Assembly (NCBI GenBank): GCA_963841525.1
Contig: CAWJDA010000023.1
Coordinates: 76,563-140,562, forward strand
Direction: 5' to 3'
Source of the DNA: an uncultured Solirubrobacterales bacterium
Lineage (GTDB): Bacteria; Actinomycetota; Thermoleophilia; Solirubrobacterales; 70-9
DNA: 64,000 bases
The position numbers were made by a program, and so were the translations under genes. Each line of letters starts with the position of its first letter. The stretch's first letter is position 1. Under the pieces are notes generated by a model, which did no database searches, was not told where the DNA came from, and saw nothing but the letters and a program-made list of their open reading frames with translations. Of the stretch, positions 17,474 to 31,380 are shown piece by piece.

Positions 17474-18034
17474 TCAGTGTAGGGATAGCTCGTCACGGAC
17501 GAGCTTCTCCAGCTCGTCGGCGGCTTTCTGCACCTCGTCGTTCACGATCACGTGCGGGAACTCGTCCCTCGCCGCCAACTCGGTGTCGGCGGTCCTCAGG
17601 CGCTCTTCGATCGCCTTGTCCGAGTCCGTGCCTCTGCGCTCGAGGCGCTCCCGCAAGACAGTCGGATCGGGGGGCGCGATGAAGATCTGGACCGCCTCGG
17701 GCATCGCCTCTCTCACCTGGCGTGCGCCCTGCAACTCGATCTCGAGGACGACCGACTGGCCCTCCGCAAGCCGGCGCTCCACCTCCTGACTGAGCGTCCC
17801 GTAACGGTTCCCGCTGTAGGTCGCGCTCTCGAGGAAGTCACCATCCTTGATCCGATGTTCGAACTCCGCCGCGTTCAGGAAGTGGTAATCGCGGCCGTCC
17901 TCCTCCCCGGTCCGTGGCTCGCGGGTGGTTGCAGAGACGGATAGCTCGAGCTCGGGAACACGCTCGAGCAACCGCTCGATCAGCGTTCCCTTTCCGACCC
18001 CGGACGGACCGGTGATGACGAAGACCTTGCCCAC
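17474..18034 (-). CDS. gmk: guanylate kinase
   Basis: 186 aa, VITGPSGVGKGTL and SATTREPRTGEEDGRDYHF. Confidence 0.95.
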   Translation of the reverse strand: MGKVFVITGPSGVGKGTLIERLLERVPELELSVSATTREPRTGEEDGRDYHFLNAAEFEHRIKDGDFLESATYSGNRYGTLSQEVERRLAEGQSVVLEIELQGARQVREAMPEAVQIFIAPPDPTVLRERLERRGTDSDKAIEERLRTADTELAARDEFPHVIVNDEVQKAADELEKLVRDELSLH

Positions 18035-18088
18035 GTCGGGAAGATCATGACCGCCGGGACGGCCACGAAAAGGCCCGGAAATGCCCCG

Positions 18089-18421
18089 CTACTTGCGCAG
18101 CTGTGCGACGAGTTCGGCGCGCTGGCGCTCGGAGAGGCCGCCGATGGTCTTCGACGGCGAGATCCGGCACTGATTGAGTATCCGATTGGTCTTGACCCGC
18201 CCGTACTTGGGCACGGCCATCAGCATGTCGATGACCTTGGCGGTCTGGACGTACTCGGGCGGATCCATGAGCAGCGTCTGGATCTTGACCTTGTTGCCCT
18301 TGAGATCGCGCTTCAGCTGGGCCCGCTTCGATCGGATGTCGTTGGCCCTCTTCAGAGCCTCCATCCGCTGGTCCAGTGATCTCTCGGGGGCGGCGTTGGA
18401 AGACTGGACCGGGGCCTGCAT
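18089..18421 (-). CDS. mihF: actinobacterial integration host factor MihF
   Basis: 110 aa, RMEALKRANDIRSKRAQLKRDLK...VIDMLMAVPKYGRVK. Conserved position upstream of gmk. Confidence 0.85.
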   Translation of the reverse strand: MQAPVQSSNAAPERSLDQRMEALKRANDIRSKRAQLKRDLKGNKVKIQTLLMDPPEYVQTAKVIDMLMAVPKYGRVKTNRILNQCRISPSKTIGGLSERQRAELVAQLRK

Positions 18422-18492
18422 CGGGGCGGCAGTATATCCGCGGCCGCGAGGAGCGGAAAGGGGTATCTGGGGTTTGTGAAAAAAACCCCCGT

Positions 18493-19368
18493 CTAACCGG
18501 AGATCCGTGCGAGCTCTCCCCCCAACTCGGCCGCGATCCGCGACCCGGCGGCCGGGTCACGGAAGCTCTCCGTGCCGACGGCAACGATCGCCGCGCCCGC
18601 CCGGAGCATCTCGGCGGCGTCTCGGCCGGTCGAGACACCACCCATCGCCACCACCGGGATCGAGACGGCCTCCGCCACGGCGTGGATCTGGGCCAGCGCG
18701 ACGGCCCGGATCGCCGGGCCCGAGAGGCCGCCGCTCCCCCCGCCCAGCCAGCGATCGCCCGAATCCGGGTCAAAGGCGACCGCCCGCAGCGTGTTGATCA
18801 GCGAGACGGCGTCCGCACCGCCCTGATCGGCCGCCTCTGCCACCGGAACCGGGTCCGCGATGTTCGGCGTTAGCTTCACAAGCAGGGGTTTTTCGCTCAG
18901 CGACCGCAGCCGCCGCAGCAAAGAATGCGCCTCCTCCGGCGACTCACCCACGATCAGGCCGGACTTCACGTTCGGGCAGGAGACGTTGAGCTCGAGGGCG
19001 GCGACCTCCGCTCGGCCGGCCACCCCCTCCACCAGGCGGGCGAACTCATCGTGGCTCGTCCCCATCACCGAGACGATCAGCGGGACCGGGAGCTCGGCGA
19101 GCTGCGGCAGGTCATGCTCCAGAAAGCCGTCGAGGCCCTTGTTCGGCAGCCCGATCGAGTTGATCAGGCCGGACGGCGTCTCCCAGAGGCGAGGCGGCGG
19201 GTTGCCGGCGCGCGGCTCGGGGGTGATCGTCTTGGAGACGAAGGCCGAGAACGGAAACTGGTCGAGCAGCTCGGCGCCGAAGGCACCGCGGGCCGCGATC
19301 GCGTCGAAGGTGCCCGAGCCGTTGATCACCGGGTGGCGGAGCTCGAGACCGCAGAACTCGACCATCAA
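18493..19368 (-). CDS. pyrD: dihydroorotate dehydrogenase, class 1B catalytic subunit
   Basis: 291 aa, NGSGTFD, LELNVSCPNV and LSGPAIRAVAL. Confidence 0.9.
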   Translation of the reverse strand: MMVEFCGLELRHPVINGSGTFDAIAARGAFGAELLDQFPFSAFVSKTITPEPRAGNPPPRLWETPSGLINSIGLPNKGLDGFLEHDLPQLAELPVPLIVSVMGTSHDEFARLVEGVAGRAEVAALELNVSCPNVKSGLIVGESPEEAHSLLRRLRSLSEKPLLVKLTPNIADPVPVAEAADQGGADAVSLINTLRAVAFDPDSGDRWLGGGSGGLSGPAIRAVALAQIHAVAEAVSIPVVAMGGVSTGRDAAEMLRAGAAIVAVGTESFRDPAAGSRIAAELGGELARISG

Positions 19369-20275
19369 TGACCCGACCCAGGCACGAGCGCGGTCTCGAT
19401 CTCATCTCCCCGCACCACCGGTCCGTCCACGCAGAGGCGCATGTATCCGCCCTCATTCAGCGGGATCGCGCAGCCGAAGCAAGCGCCGAAGCCGCAGGCC
19501 ATGGGCGCCTCCAGGGCAAGCTCGCAGGCGACCTCGCGGTCGGCGCACATCGTGCGCACCGCCTCGAGCATCGCCGGCGGCCCGCAGGCGTAGACGGCGG
19601 CGCTGCGGGCGTCATCGCCCTCGAGCAGGACGGCCAGGAGGTCGGTGACATAGCCGCGGTGCCCCGTGTGACCGTCCTCGCTCGCCAGCCGTACCTCGCT
19701 GCAGATGCGAGGGCGCTCCGCAGGCGAAGCCGAGGAGCGACCCGTTTCGAAGAGCTCGAGGCCGCCGGAGTTGGCGCGGTCCCGGAAGCCCAGCAGAACA
19801 CGCGCCGGGATCCCGGCGGCGAGCAGCTGACGCCGCCAGATAGCCAGCGGTGCGACTCCGATTCCGCCCCCGACGAGGATCGCCCCGGCAGCGTCCTCCG
19901 CCAGGGCCGGTGGTGCGGAGAACGGTCGTCCCAGCGGGCCGTTGATCCACAGCCCCTCGCCCGGCTCGAGCCCGGCGAGCCGCGAGGTGCCCGGGCCGAC
20001 CGCCTGGACGAGGAAATCGAGCCTCACGCCGCCGTCGGTGCGCTCCGCGTCGGCGACCGAGAAGGCGCGTGCCAGGTACGGGCGACCCTCCTCCCCGCCC
20101 CACCCGGAGTCCGCGGCGAGCATGTAGAACTGGCCGGCAGCGGGCAGCGGGCCCGCCGGATCGAGCGTGGAGAAGATCCGGTAGCCGCCGGAGAGGAGGT
20201 TGCGGGTCACCTCGCAGAGTCGGCGACCGAAGGGGGCGACCCCTCGCTCCCCCAGGCCGCGGGCCTCGCTTGCCT

Positions 20276-20279
<4 letters not shown>
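19365..20279 (-). CDS. pyrK: dihydroorotate dehydrogenase electron-transfer subunit
   Basis: 304 aa with an FAD/NAD-binding fold and a C-terminal CGFGACFGC 2Fe-2S motif. Overlaps carB and pyrD. Confidence 0.9.
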
Positions 20280-23423
<3,144 letters not shown>

Positions 23424-23440
<17 letters not shown>

Positions 23441-23876
23441 CCTGCATCTCCTTGGCCGCGTTGAGTGCCTCCTCGTGCGATCCGAAGGCGGTGAGCCGGA
23501 TGACCAACCCGTCTCGGAACTCGTAGATGAGCCCCAGGTCTTGGCCGACCGGCACGGCACTCCCTCGCCCGACGCCCTCGAGCCGGGTGAAGACGACGAT
23601 CAAATCGTCACTCAGGGGTTCATATTCCTCCGGTGCGTAGCGAACCGCGCCCAGCATGTCGCTGAGCTCTTCGAAGAAGCGCCGGAGCCCTTCGTGACCG
23701 TGATAGGTGCGGTGCTCGACCTCCCGAGCAAGCCATGGCGAAAACTCGACCTGTGGGTCGAAGATCTCTGGAATGAGCGCGAGAGCCCCCTCGAGGTCGG
23801 TCCCCGTCTTGTAGGCGTCAAGCGTGTGCGCGTACCAACGCCGGAGGGTCTCGAGATTGCCCTCGGCGGCAGTCAC
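23424..23876 (-). CDS. SnoaL/NTF2-like protein inserted between carA and carB
   Basis: 150 aa, [19 protein letters not shown]...[24 protein letters not shown]. Overlaps both neighbours. Confidence 0.7.
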
Positions 23877-24982
23877 TGGGCGAGCTCCAGGAACCGGTCG
23901 AAGAGGTAGCGGGCGTCGTGCGGCCCGGGGCCGGCCTCGGGGTGGTATTGAACGGTGCAGCCGGGGACGTCCTTGAGGACCAGTCCCTCGACCGTGCGGT
24001 CATAGAGGTTGAGGTGGGAGAGCTCGGCCTCGCCGAAGTCAGTCTGCCAGCGAACGGGCTCGTCGCCTGGGATCGTCCGGTCGCCGCCCGGGCCGAGCAC
24101 CGCGAAGCCGTGGTTCTGGGAGGTGATGTCGATCCGGCCCGTCTCCAGGTCCTTGACCGGGTGATTGGCGCCGCGGTGGCCGAAGGGGAGCTTGAAGGTC
24201 TCGAGCCCCATCGCTCGACAGAGCAGCTGGTGGCCCAGGCAGATCCCGACCACGGGCTTCTTCCCGACGACGCCGCGGACGTTCTCGACGACGTAGTCGA
24301 GGGCGGCGGGGTCGCCCGGGCCGTTGGCGAGGAAGACCAGGTCCGGGTCCCGGGCGAGGACGTCCTCTGCGGAGGTGTCGCAGGGAAGGAGTGTGACCGC
24401 GCACCCGCGCTCCTTGAGCTGCCTGATGATCGAGAGCTTGATTCCAGTGTCGATGCCGACCACGTGCGGGCCGTCGCCGTCGATCTCGACCGGCTCTGAG
24501 GGCGTCACCGTCCGGGCGAAGTCCGCGCCGTCCATCGACGGCTCGGCCTCGACGCGCTCGCGTGCCTCCGATTCCGACAGCTCGGCGGGGAAGATGCCGC
24601 CTCGCATCGCGCCGCGATCACGGATGTGGCGGACGAGGGCGCGGGTGTCGAGGCCGCCGATCGCCGGCGCGCCGCAGTCGCGCAGCCAGTCGAGCCAGCC
24701 GCCCTCGGCGCTGGCCGCGTCCTCGCCGTTCTTCCCCTCGCGCATGATCACCCCGCGAGCGTGAACCCGGTCGGACTCCATCGCGTCGGCTGAGACTCCG
24801 TAGTTGCCGATCAGCGGATAGGTGAAGGTGATGATCTGGCCGGCGTAGGAGGGGTCGGTGACGGCCTCCTGATAGCCGGTCATCGAGGTGTTGAAGACGA
24901 CTTCTCCGGTGACCTCGCCGCCGGACGCGAGCAGCTCGCCGTCGAACCGCGTCCCGTCCTCCAGGAGAACGAATCCGCTCAC
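23873..24982 (-). CDS. carA: carbamoyl-phosphate synthase small (glutaminase) subunit
   Basis: 369 aa, VFNTSMTGYQE, GICLGHQLL and the HGFAV region. Confidence 0.95.
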   Translation of the reverse strand: MSGFVLLEDGTRFDGELLASGGEVTGEVVFNTSMTGYQEAVTDPSYAGQIITFTYPLIGNYGVSADAMESDRVHARGVIMREGKNGEDAASAEGGWLDWLRDCGAPAIGGLDTRALVRHIRDRGAMRGGIFPAELSESEARERVEAEPSMDGADFARTVTPSEPVEIDGDGPHVVGIDTGIKLSIIRQLKERGCAVTLLPCDTSAEDVLARDPDLVFLANGPGDPAALDYVVENVRGVVGKKPVVGICLGHQLLCRAMGLETFKLPFGHRGANHPVKDLETGRIDITSQNHGFAVLGPGGDRTIPGDEPVRWQTDFGEAELSHLNLYDRTVEGLVLKDVPGCTVQYHPEAGPGPHDARYLFDRFLELAQ

Positions 24983-25559
24983 GCGACCTTCGCCTTCCGC
25001 TCGGTCCCCGGATTCGGGGCGTAGTCGAGGATCAGCTTCTGTACCCGCTTGAACTCGTCGGTGCCCGCCCCGCCGAGCAGCTCGAAGAGCGCGGCCTCGA
25101 CGCTGGTCAGAATCGCGCCCGCCCGCTCCATCTTGTGCAGTCCGACGCGCTTGTTCTCCTCGGTGCGTGAGCCGACTCCGTCGAGCGGGACCTGGACCTC
25201 CACATCTGCCTCGAGCAGGTCAATCGCGGTCTGGCTGACGCAGACGTGGGTCTCGATCCCGCAGACGAGCGCCTGATCGCGGCCGCCGAGGTCGAACCCA
25301 TCGGCCTCGGCCGCTGAGAAGCGGACCTTCTCTAGCGGTTCGGTCCCCTCCGGCAATTGCTCCGCCACCTCGGACGCGGTCTCCCCCAGGCCCTTCGGGT
25401 ATTGCTCGGTGATCACGATCGGAACGCCGAGCACCTCGGCTCCCTCGATCAGGGTCGCGGTCGCCTTCGCGACCCGCTCGAAGTCTGGGATCGCCCTGCG
25501 AAAGCCTTCCTGGACGTCGACGATCACCAGCGTGGTCCGATCCGGCTTCAGCTTGCCGG

Positions 25560-25563
<4 letters not shown>
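24979..25563 (-). CDS. isochorismatase-family (cysteine) hydrolase
   Basis: 194 aa, TTLVIVDVQEGF and LVCGIETHVCVSQTAIDL. Confidence 0.85.
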
Positions 25564-26935
<1,372 letters not shown>

Positions 26936-26939
<4 letters not shown>

Positions 26940-27895
26940 GCCGGCTGTCCGATCGTCGGCGTGTCGGCGGGCGCCGAGCCGCGCTCCGGCCGGGCCCGAT
27001 CGCTGCCCGCGAGCAGCTCGTAGAGGATCGCCATCCGCACGACCAGGCCGCTCTCGACCTGGGAGGTGATCAGGGACTGCGGTGAGTCGATCACCTCGGG
27101 GGAGAGCTCCACGCCGCGATTGACCGGCCCGGGATGCATGAGGAGCTGGCGCGGCCCGAGCCGCCTCGAGTCGATCTGGTAGCGCGCCGCGTACTCCCGA
27201 AGCGAGGGGACGAAGCTCTCGCTCATCCGCTCGCGCTGCATGCGGAGCGCGTACACGACATCGGCCTTGCCGAGGTCGTTGAGATCGAAGGACACCTCGC
27301 AGCCGAGCGCCTCGATCCCGCGCGGCATCAGCGTGGGCGGGCCGCAGAGCGTCACCTTCGCCCCCATCGTCTGGAAGGCGATCAGACAGGACCGGGCAAC
27401 CCGGCTGTGCAGGACGTCGCCGACGATCCAGATGTTGGTTCCCTCCAGGGAGTCCAGCCGCTGGCGGAGCGTGAAGACGTCGAGCAGGGCCTGCGTCGGG
27501 TGCTCGTGCTTTCCGTCGCCGGCGTTGATCACTGAGGCCTCGGTCCAGCGGGCCACCAGGCCGGCTGCGCCCGCGTGAGGCGAGCGGATCACGATCGCGG
27601 CCGGGTCGTAGGCGGAGAGGGTCGCGACCGTGTCCTTGAGCGACTCGCCCTTGTCGACGGAGGAACCGGCGGACTTCACGCTGACCACGTCGGCGGAAAG
27701 CCGCTTGGCCGCCAGCTCGAAGGAGGAGAGCGTCCGCGTGCTGGCCTCGTAGAAGAGATTGACGATGGTGCGGCCCCGCAGCGTCGGGACCTTCTTGATG
27801 TCGCGGCGGCCGACCTCGGCGAAGCTCTGGGCGCGCTCCAGGATCCGCTCTATCTCCTCGCGCGAGAGCCCCTCCACTCCGAGCAGGTGCTTCAT
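26936..27895 (-). CDS. pyrB: aspartate carbamoyltransferase catalytic subunit
   Basis: 319 aa, FYEASTRTLSSFE, HPTQALLD and LMHPGPVNRGVE. Confidence 0.95.
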
Positions 27896-28458
27896 GACTC
27901 CTCCTTCGTCACAACCTTCGCGGGTGTGATGGCGATCTCGTCCGTGCCGTCGACCTCCTCGAGACGGACGTTCACCCGTTCCCCCGGCGCGGTCGGCAGG
28001 TTCTTGCCGACGTAGTCGGGGCGGATCGGGAGCTCGCGGTGGCCGCGGTCCGCGAGGACTGCGAGCTGCACCCGCGCCGGGCGTCCGTAGTCGAAGAGCG
28101 CGTCGATCGCCGCGCGGACCGTGCGGCCCGTGTAGAGCACATCGTCGACCAGGACGATCGTGCGGCCGGCCAGGTCGAAGTCGAGATGGGAGTCGTGGAC
28201 GACGGGGGCGTCACGGGGCTCGCGGCGCTCGATGTCGTCGCGGTAGAAGGAGATGTCGAGGTCGCCGAGAGGCACATCGGCACCGGAGAGCTCGCCGACG
28301 AGCGCATGGAGGCGGCGGCAGATGACGGCGCCGCGCGTGTGGATGCCGACCAGCGCCAACCGGTCCGAGTCCTGGTTCTTCTCGACGATCTCGTGGGCGA
28401 TACGGACAAGCTTCCGCCGTAGATCGTCGTGATCGAGCACGACCTTTTCGTCGCTCAC
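27892..28458 (-). CDS. pyrR: bifunctional pyr operon regulator / uracil phosphoribosyltransferase PyrR
   Basis: VSDEKVVLDHDDLRRKLVRIAHEIVEKN...IVLVDDVLYTGRTVRAA. GTG 28458 is preceded by GGAAGGAG. Confidence 0.9.
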   Translation of the reverse strand: MSDEKVVLDHDDLRRKLVRIAHEIVEKNQDSDRLALVGIHTRGAVICRRLHALVGELSGADVPLGDLDISFYRDDIERREPRDAPVVHDSHLDFDLAGRTIVLVDDVLYTGRTVRAAIDALFDYGRPARVQLAVLADRGHRELPIRPDYVGKNLPTAPGERVNVRLEEVDGTDEIAITPAKVVTKEES

Positions 28459-28465
28459 TTCTCTG

Positions 28466-28492
28466 CTCCTTCCCGGCCTCACGGGACCGTGG
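28466..28492 (-). promoter_or_regulatory. candidate PyrR-binding hairpin overlapping the pyrR ribosome-binding site
   Basis: Minus strand GGTCCCGTGAGGCCGGGAAGGAGC. The stem is TCCCG/CGGGA with loop TGAGGC, resembling the UCC.GAGAGG-type PyrR loop, and the 3' arm runs into the SD. Confidence 0.4.
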
Positions 28493-28595
28493 TTAAAGGG
28501 GCTTGCGCGGCCAGCGTAGCAGCGGGTCTGGCGGAAACGTTCGCCCTCGAAGAAGAATTGCAGGGAGATGCGCGCTATTTGGAGAGACGCGCCGG

Positions 28596-29579
28596 CTAGT
28601 CGCCAGCAGGAGCGGCCTCGGCCCGAGGTTCCGGACGCTGCCTCGCACCCTCCTGGATCAGCTCGGGCTCGCCGCGCTCCGGGAAGGGAATCTCGACCAG
28701 GTCGAAATCGCGCGGCGCCACCGTGTTCGGAAATGCCTCACGTGCCTCGGCGAGGACCGCCGAGACGTTGTATCGGGAGGAGACGTGGACGATCGCCAGC
28801 ATGCCGACCTCCGCGTCGGCGGCGAGCTGCGCGGCGTCGCGCGCGGTCGAGTGGCCCGTCTCCGCCGCGCGAGCGGACTCCTCGACCGCAAAGGTCCCGT
28901 CGTGCACCAGCAGCTGGGCGACGTGCGCCGCGATCCGAGTCATCTCGCAGGGCACGGTGTCGCCGGTGATCACCACCTTGCGGCCCAGACGCGGGTCGCC
29001 CATCACCTGGTCCGGACGCACCTCGGAGCCGTCCACGGCGATCGTCTCGCCTCGCTGCAAGCGGCCGAAGTCGCGGTCGTCCGCGATGCCCAGCCCACGG
29101 GCTGCATCGACGTCGAAGCGCCCAGGGCGCTCGGGCTCGACGTACGCGTAGCCGAGCGCCTTCACACGGTGCTCGACCCCGAAGGCGCGCATCTCGAACC
29201 CGTCGTGCTCGATCCCCTCCCCCGGCCCGAGCTCGACCAGCTCGACCTCGTATCGGAGCTTTCCGAAGATCCGCCGGAGCGCCGCGAACAGGCCGTGCAG
29301 CCCAACCGGCCCGACGATCCGGAGCGGAGCTTGCCGCTCCATCAGGTCATAGGTCTTCAGCAGCCCCGGCAGGCCCAGGTAGTGGTCTGCGTGGAAATGC
29401 GTGACGTAGATGCCGTCCACCTGAACGAGCCCGGTCGAGTTGATCATCTGGCGCTGCGCGCCTTCGCCGCAGTCGATCAGGATCCGTTCCCCACCCGCCC
29501 GGATCAACACGCACGCGGTAGCCCTCCGCGCCGAGGGCACGGAGCCGCCGGTGCCGAGGAAGACGACGGAAAGATCCAT
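28596..29579 (-). CDS. rnz: ribonuclease Z (MBL fold)
   Basis: From ATG 29579: MDLSVVFLGTGGSVPSARRATACVLIRAGGERILIDCGEGAQRQ...VTHFHADHYLGLPGLL. Confidence 0.85.
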   Translation of the reverse strand: MDLSVVFLGTGGSVPSARRATACVLIRAGGERILIDCGEGAQRQMINSTGLVQVDGIYVTHFHADHYLGLPGLLKTYDLMERQAPLRIVGPVGLHGLFAALRRIFGKLRYEVELVELGPGEGIEHDGFEMRAFGVEHRVKALGYAYVEPERPGRFDVDAARGLGIADDRDFGRLQRGETIAVDGSEVRPDQVMGDPRLGRKVVITGDTVPCEMTRIAAHVAQLLVHDGTFAVEESARAAETGHSTARDAAQLAADAEVGMLAIVHVSSRYNVSAVLAEAREAFPNTVAPRDFDLVEIPFPERGEPELIQEGARQRPEPRAEAAPAGD

Positions 29580-29632
29580 GACGCGCGAAGCGTAGAAGCG
29601 AGCGGCCCACCGAGCGGGCGCGTCCGCCCGGC

Positions 29633-30100
29633 CTAGGCAATTTGCGTGGCGAGTCCGGGCGACTGACCGCCCCGGACAACGGCGGCTAGATCGTCGGGCG
29701 TCCAACGACTGAGTTCATAATCACGCGCATAGCGAACCCTGAGGCGCTGATTGTTTTGAGTTGGCTTGAGCCGTAGACGACCTTCGAATCCCGCCATCTC
29801 ACGGACGGGCACGAGATAGACCGTGGAATTCCAGGGCGCAAGAACCCCAAAGATGTCCGCCAACCCGAGATAGGAAAGGCGCCCGCGGCCGTGATCCGTC
29901 ATTCGGCTGTTGAAGACGAGGCAGCCGGGCGCTTCCCGGGCGGTCTTGCACTGGACCCGCAGAAATTCTCCGCCGGGTAGGCGAACCACTAGGTCATAGG
30001 GCTGACCCTCCCCAAACGGAACCAGAACATCGAATCCCCGCCCAACGAACGCACTCAGAATCGCTGCTTCGGCGGCGTTCCCCTTCGCCAGCGTTTCCAT
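29633..30100 (-). CDS. PD-(D/E)XK endonuclease-like protein (group-I-intron-associated type)
   Basis: 155 aa, KGNAAEAAILSAFVGRGFDVLVPFGEGQPYDLVVRLPGGEFLRVQCKTA. Family assignment is by motif recall only. Confidence 0.55.
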   Translation of the reverse strand: METLAKGNAAEAAILSAFVGRGFDVLVPFGEGQPYDLVVRLPGGEFLRVQCKTAREAPGCLVFNSRMTDHGRGRLSYLGLADIFGVLAPWNSTVYLVPVREMAGFEGRLRLKPTQNNQRLRVRYARDYELSRWTPDDLAAVVRGGQSPGLATQIA

Positions 30101-30181
30101 CCCACTGAAAGTACGACGACGGTCGGACGAACATACGTTCGTATGGCACGGCCGCCTTTCGGGTTAAGGTGATCAGGTCCC

Positions 30182-30255
30182 GCGCCCGTAGCTCAGCTGG
30201 ATAGAGCGTCGCCCTCCGGAGGCGAAGGCCGCAGGTTCGAATCCTGCCGGGCGCG
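30182..30255 (+). tRNA. tRNA-Arg (anticodon CCG), no encoded CCA
   Basis: GCGCCCG TA GCTC AGCTGGATA GAGC G TCGCC CTCCGGA GGCGA AGGCC GCAGG TTCGAAT CCTGC CGGGCGC G. Cloverleaf folded by hand. Confidence 0.95.
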
Positions 30256-30263
30256 TCTTGGAG

Positions 30264-30857
30264 TCAGCGCGGTTCGCGCCACATCGTGGTGACGACGTGC
30301 CGCTCGTCAGGGGTCCAGAACTCGGTGCGCGGCTCGAACCCTTGCCGCTCGTACCGCGGGTTGTTGTCCGGGTTGGTCGACTCCAGGTAAACGGGCTTCC
30401 CCTCCCGGTCCGCCTCGGCAGCCACCTCCGCGAGCAGGCCCATCCCGAGCCCCCGCCCACGGCTGGCCGGGTGGGTGCCGAGGAAGCTGACGTAGTAGAA
30501 GGGCGGGCCTTCCGGGACGGCGGCCTCGAAGCGCTCGATCGTCTGCATGACCGCGTCCGCATGCTGGCCGAGAGCGCTGTTCAGGAAGGGCTCGATCCTC
30601 GCCTCGGTCTCCTCGGTCAGCTCAGGCTTTCCGGGGTCGGTGTAGACGATCGCGGCCGAGGCGCGATCGTCGGCGATCAGGACCGACCCGTTCGGCAGCG
30701 AGCTCTCAACGTAGAAGCCGAACATCGTCGCCTGCTGTCCTCGACGCGCCTCGGGATCCGGGAAGGCCCACGACCAGAGCGGGTCGTCGTAGAACGCGGC
30801 GCTGATGGTTCCGACGACTGCGGCGTAGTCGGCCTCGGTCGCGACCCTGGCAGCCAT
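30264..30857 (-). CDS. GNAT family N-acetyltransferase
   Basis: 197 aa, VSFLGTHPASRGRGLGMGLLAEV...ESTNPDNNPRYERQGF. Confidence 0.85.
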   Translation of the reverse strand: MAARVATEADYAAVVGTISAAFYDDPLWSWAFPDPEARRGQQATMFGFYVESSLPNGSVLIADDRASAAIVYTDPGKPELTEETEARIEPFLNSALGQHADAVMQTIERFEAAVPEGPPFYYVSFLGTHPASRGRGLGMGLLAEVAAEADREGKPVYLESTNPDNNPRYERQGFEPRTEFWTPDERHVVTTMWREPR

Positions 30858-30876
30858 CCACCGCCCATCCTGGCAG

Positions 30877-31338
30877 TCAGACGATGCAGACGTTCCCCAC
30901 GCGCAGCTCGACGGCGGTGAAGTGGTGCCTGCGGACGGTCGCCTCCTTGCTGTCGCCCATCCAGCAGTTGGGCGGCATCACGAGCGGTCCGTTCACCAGG
31001 GGCTGGGGAGTGAGCTCGTTGATCGCTGCGCTCACCTGGTAGTGACCGCGCGGAAGGCGATAGCGGAACCGCCCGTCGGTAGGTTGGCTTGACGTCATGA
31101 CGGCGGCGTCAACGATGCGGGTCACGGTGACCGTCAACCCGGCACCGGTGTAGAGCGGCGCCGGCGGTGGGGGCTCGGCACAGGCGCCGTTGCAGGTCGT
31201 GTTGAGGACGACACCCACGATCCCCGAGGGCTTGTGGCGGTGATGTTTCTTCGCCTGGGCGGCGGCGGGAAGGCAAGCCAAAACGATGGCGACCGCCAGG
31301 AGAACCAGAAGTCCTTTTCTCATCGCCCCTCCTTTCAT
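30877..31338 (-). CDS. secreted hypothetical protein
   Basis: Signal peptide MRKGLLVLLAVAIVLACLPAAAQA, then a beta-rich domain with Cys pairs. Confidence 0.6.
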   Translation of the reverse strand: MKGGAMRKGLLVLLAVAIVLACLPAAAQAKKHHRHKPSGIVGVVLNTTCNGACAEPPPPAPLYTGAGLTVTVTRIVDAAVMTSSQPTDGRFRYRLPRGHYQVSAAINELTPQPLVNGPLVMPPNCWMGDSKEATVRRHHFTAVELRVGNVCIV

Positions 31339-31380
31339 TCGTTGATACCCCGGCCCGAACTCTTGAATCGGGCTCGCGCC

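Noticed and set aside
18045-18773. 242 aa minus-strand ORF spanning the mihF-pyrD junction
   Set aside because: It is out of frame with both conserved genes and is Arg/Pro-rich.
29633-31338. Integrative element at tRNA-Arg
   Set aside because: No integrase, recombinase or excisionase is present, and I noticed no repeat of the tRNA 3' end. Only a few accessory-looking genes are there, so it is reported as a low-interest observation instead.
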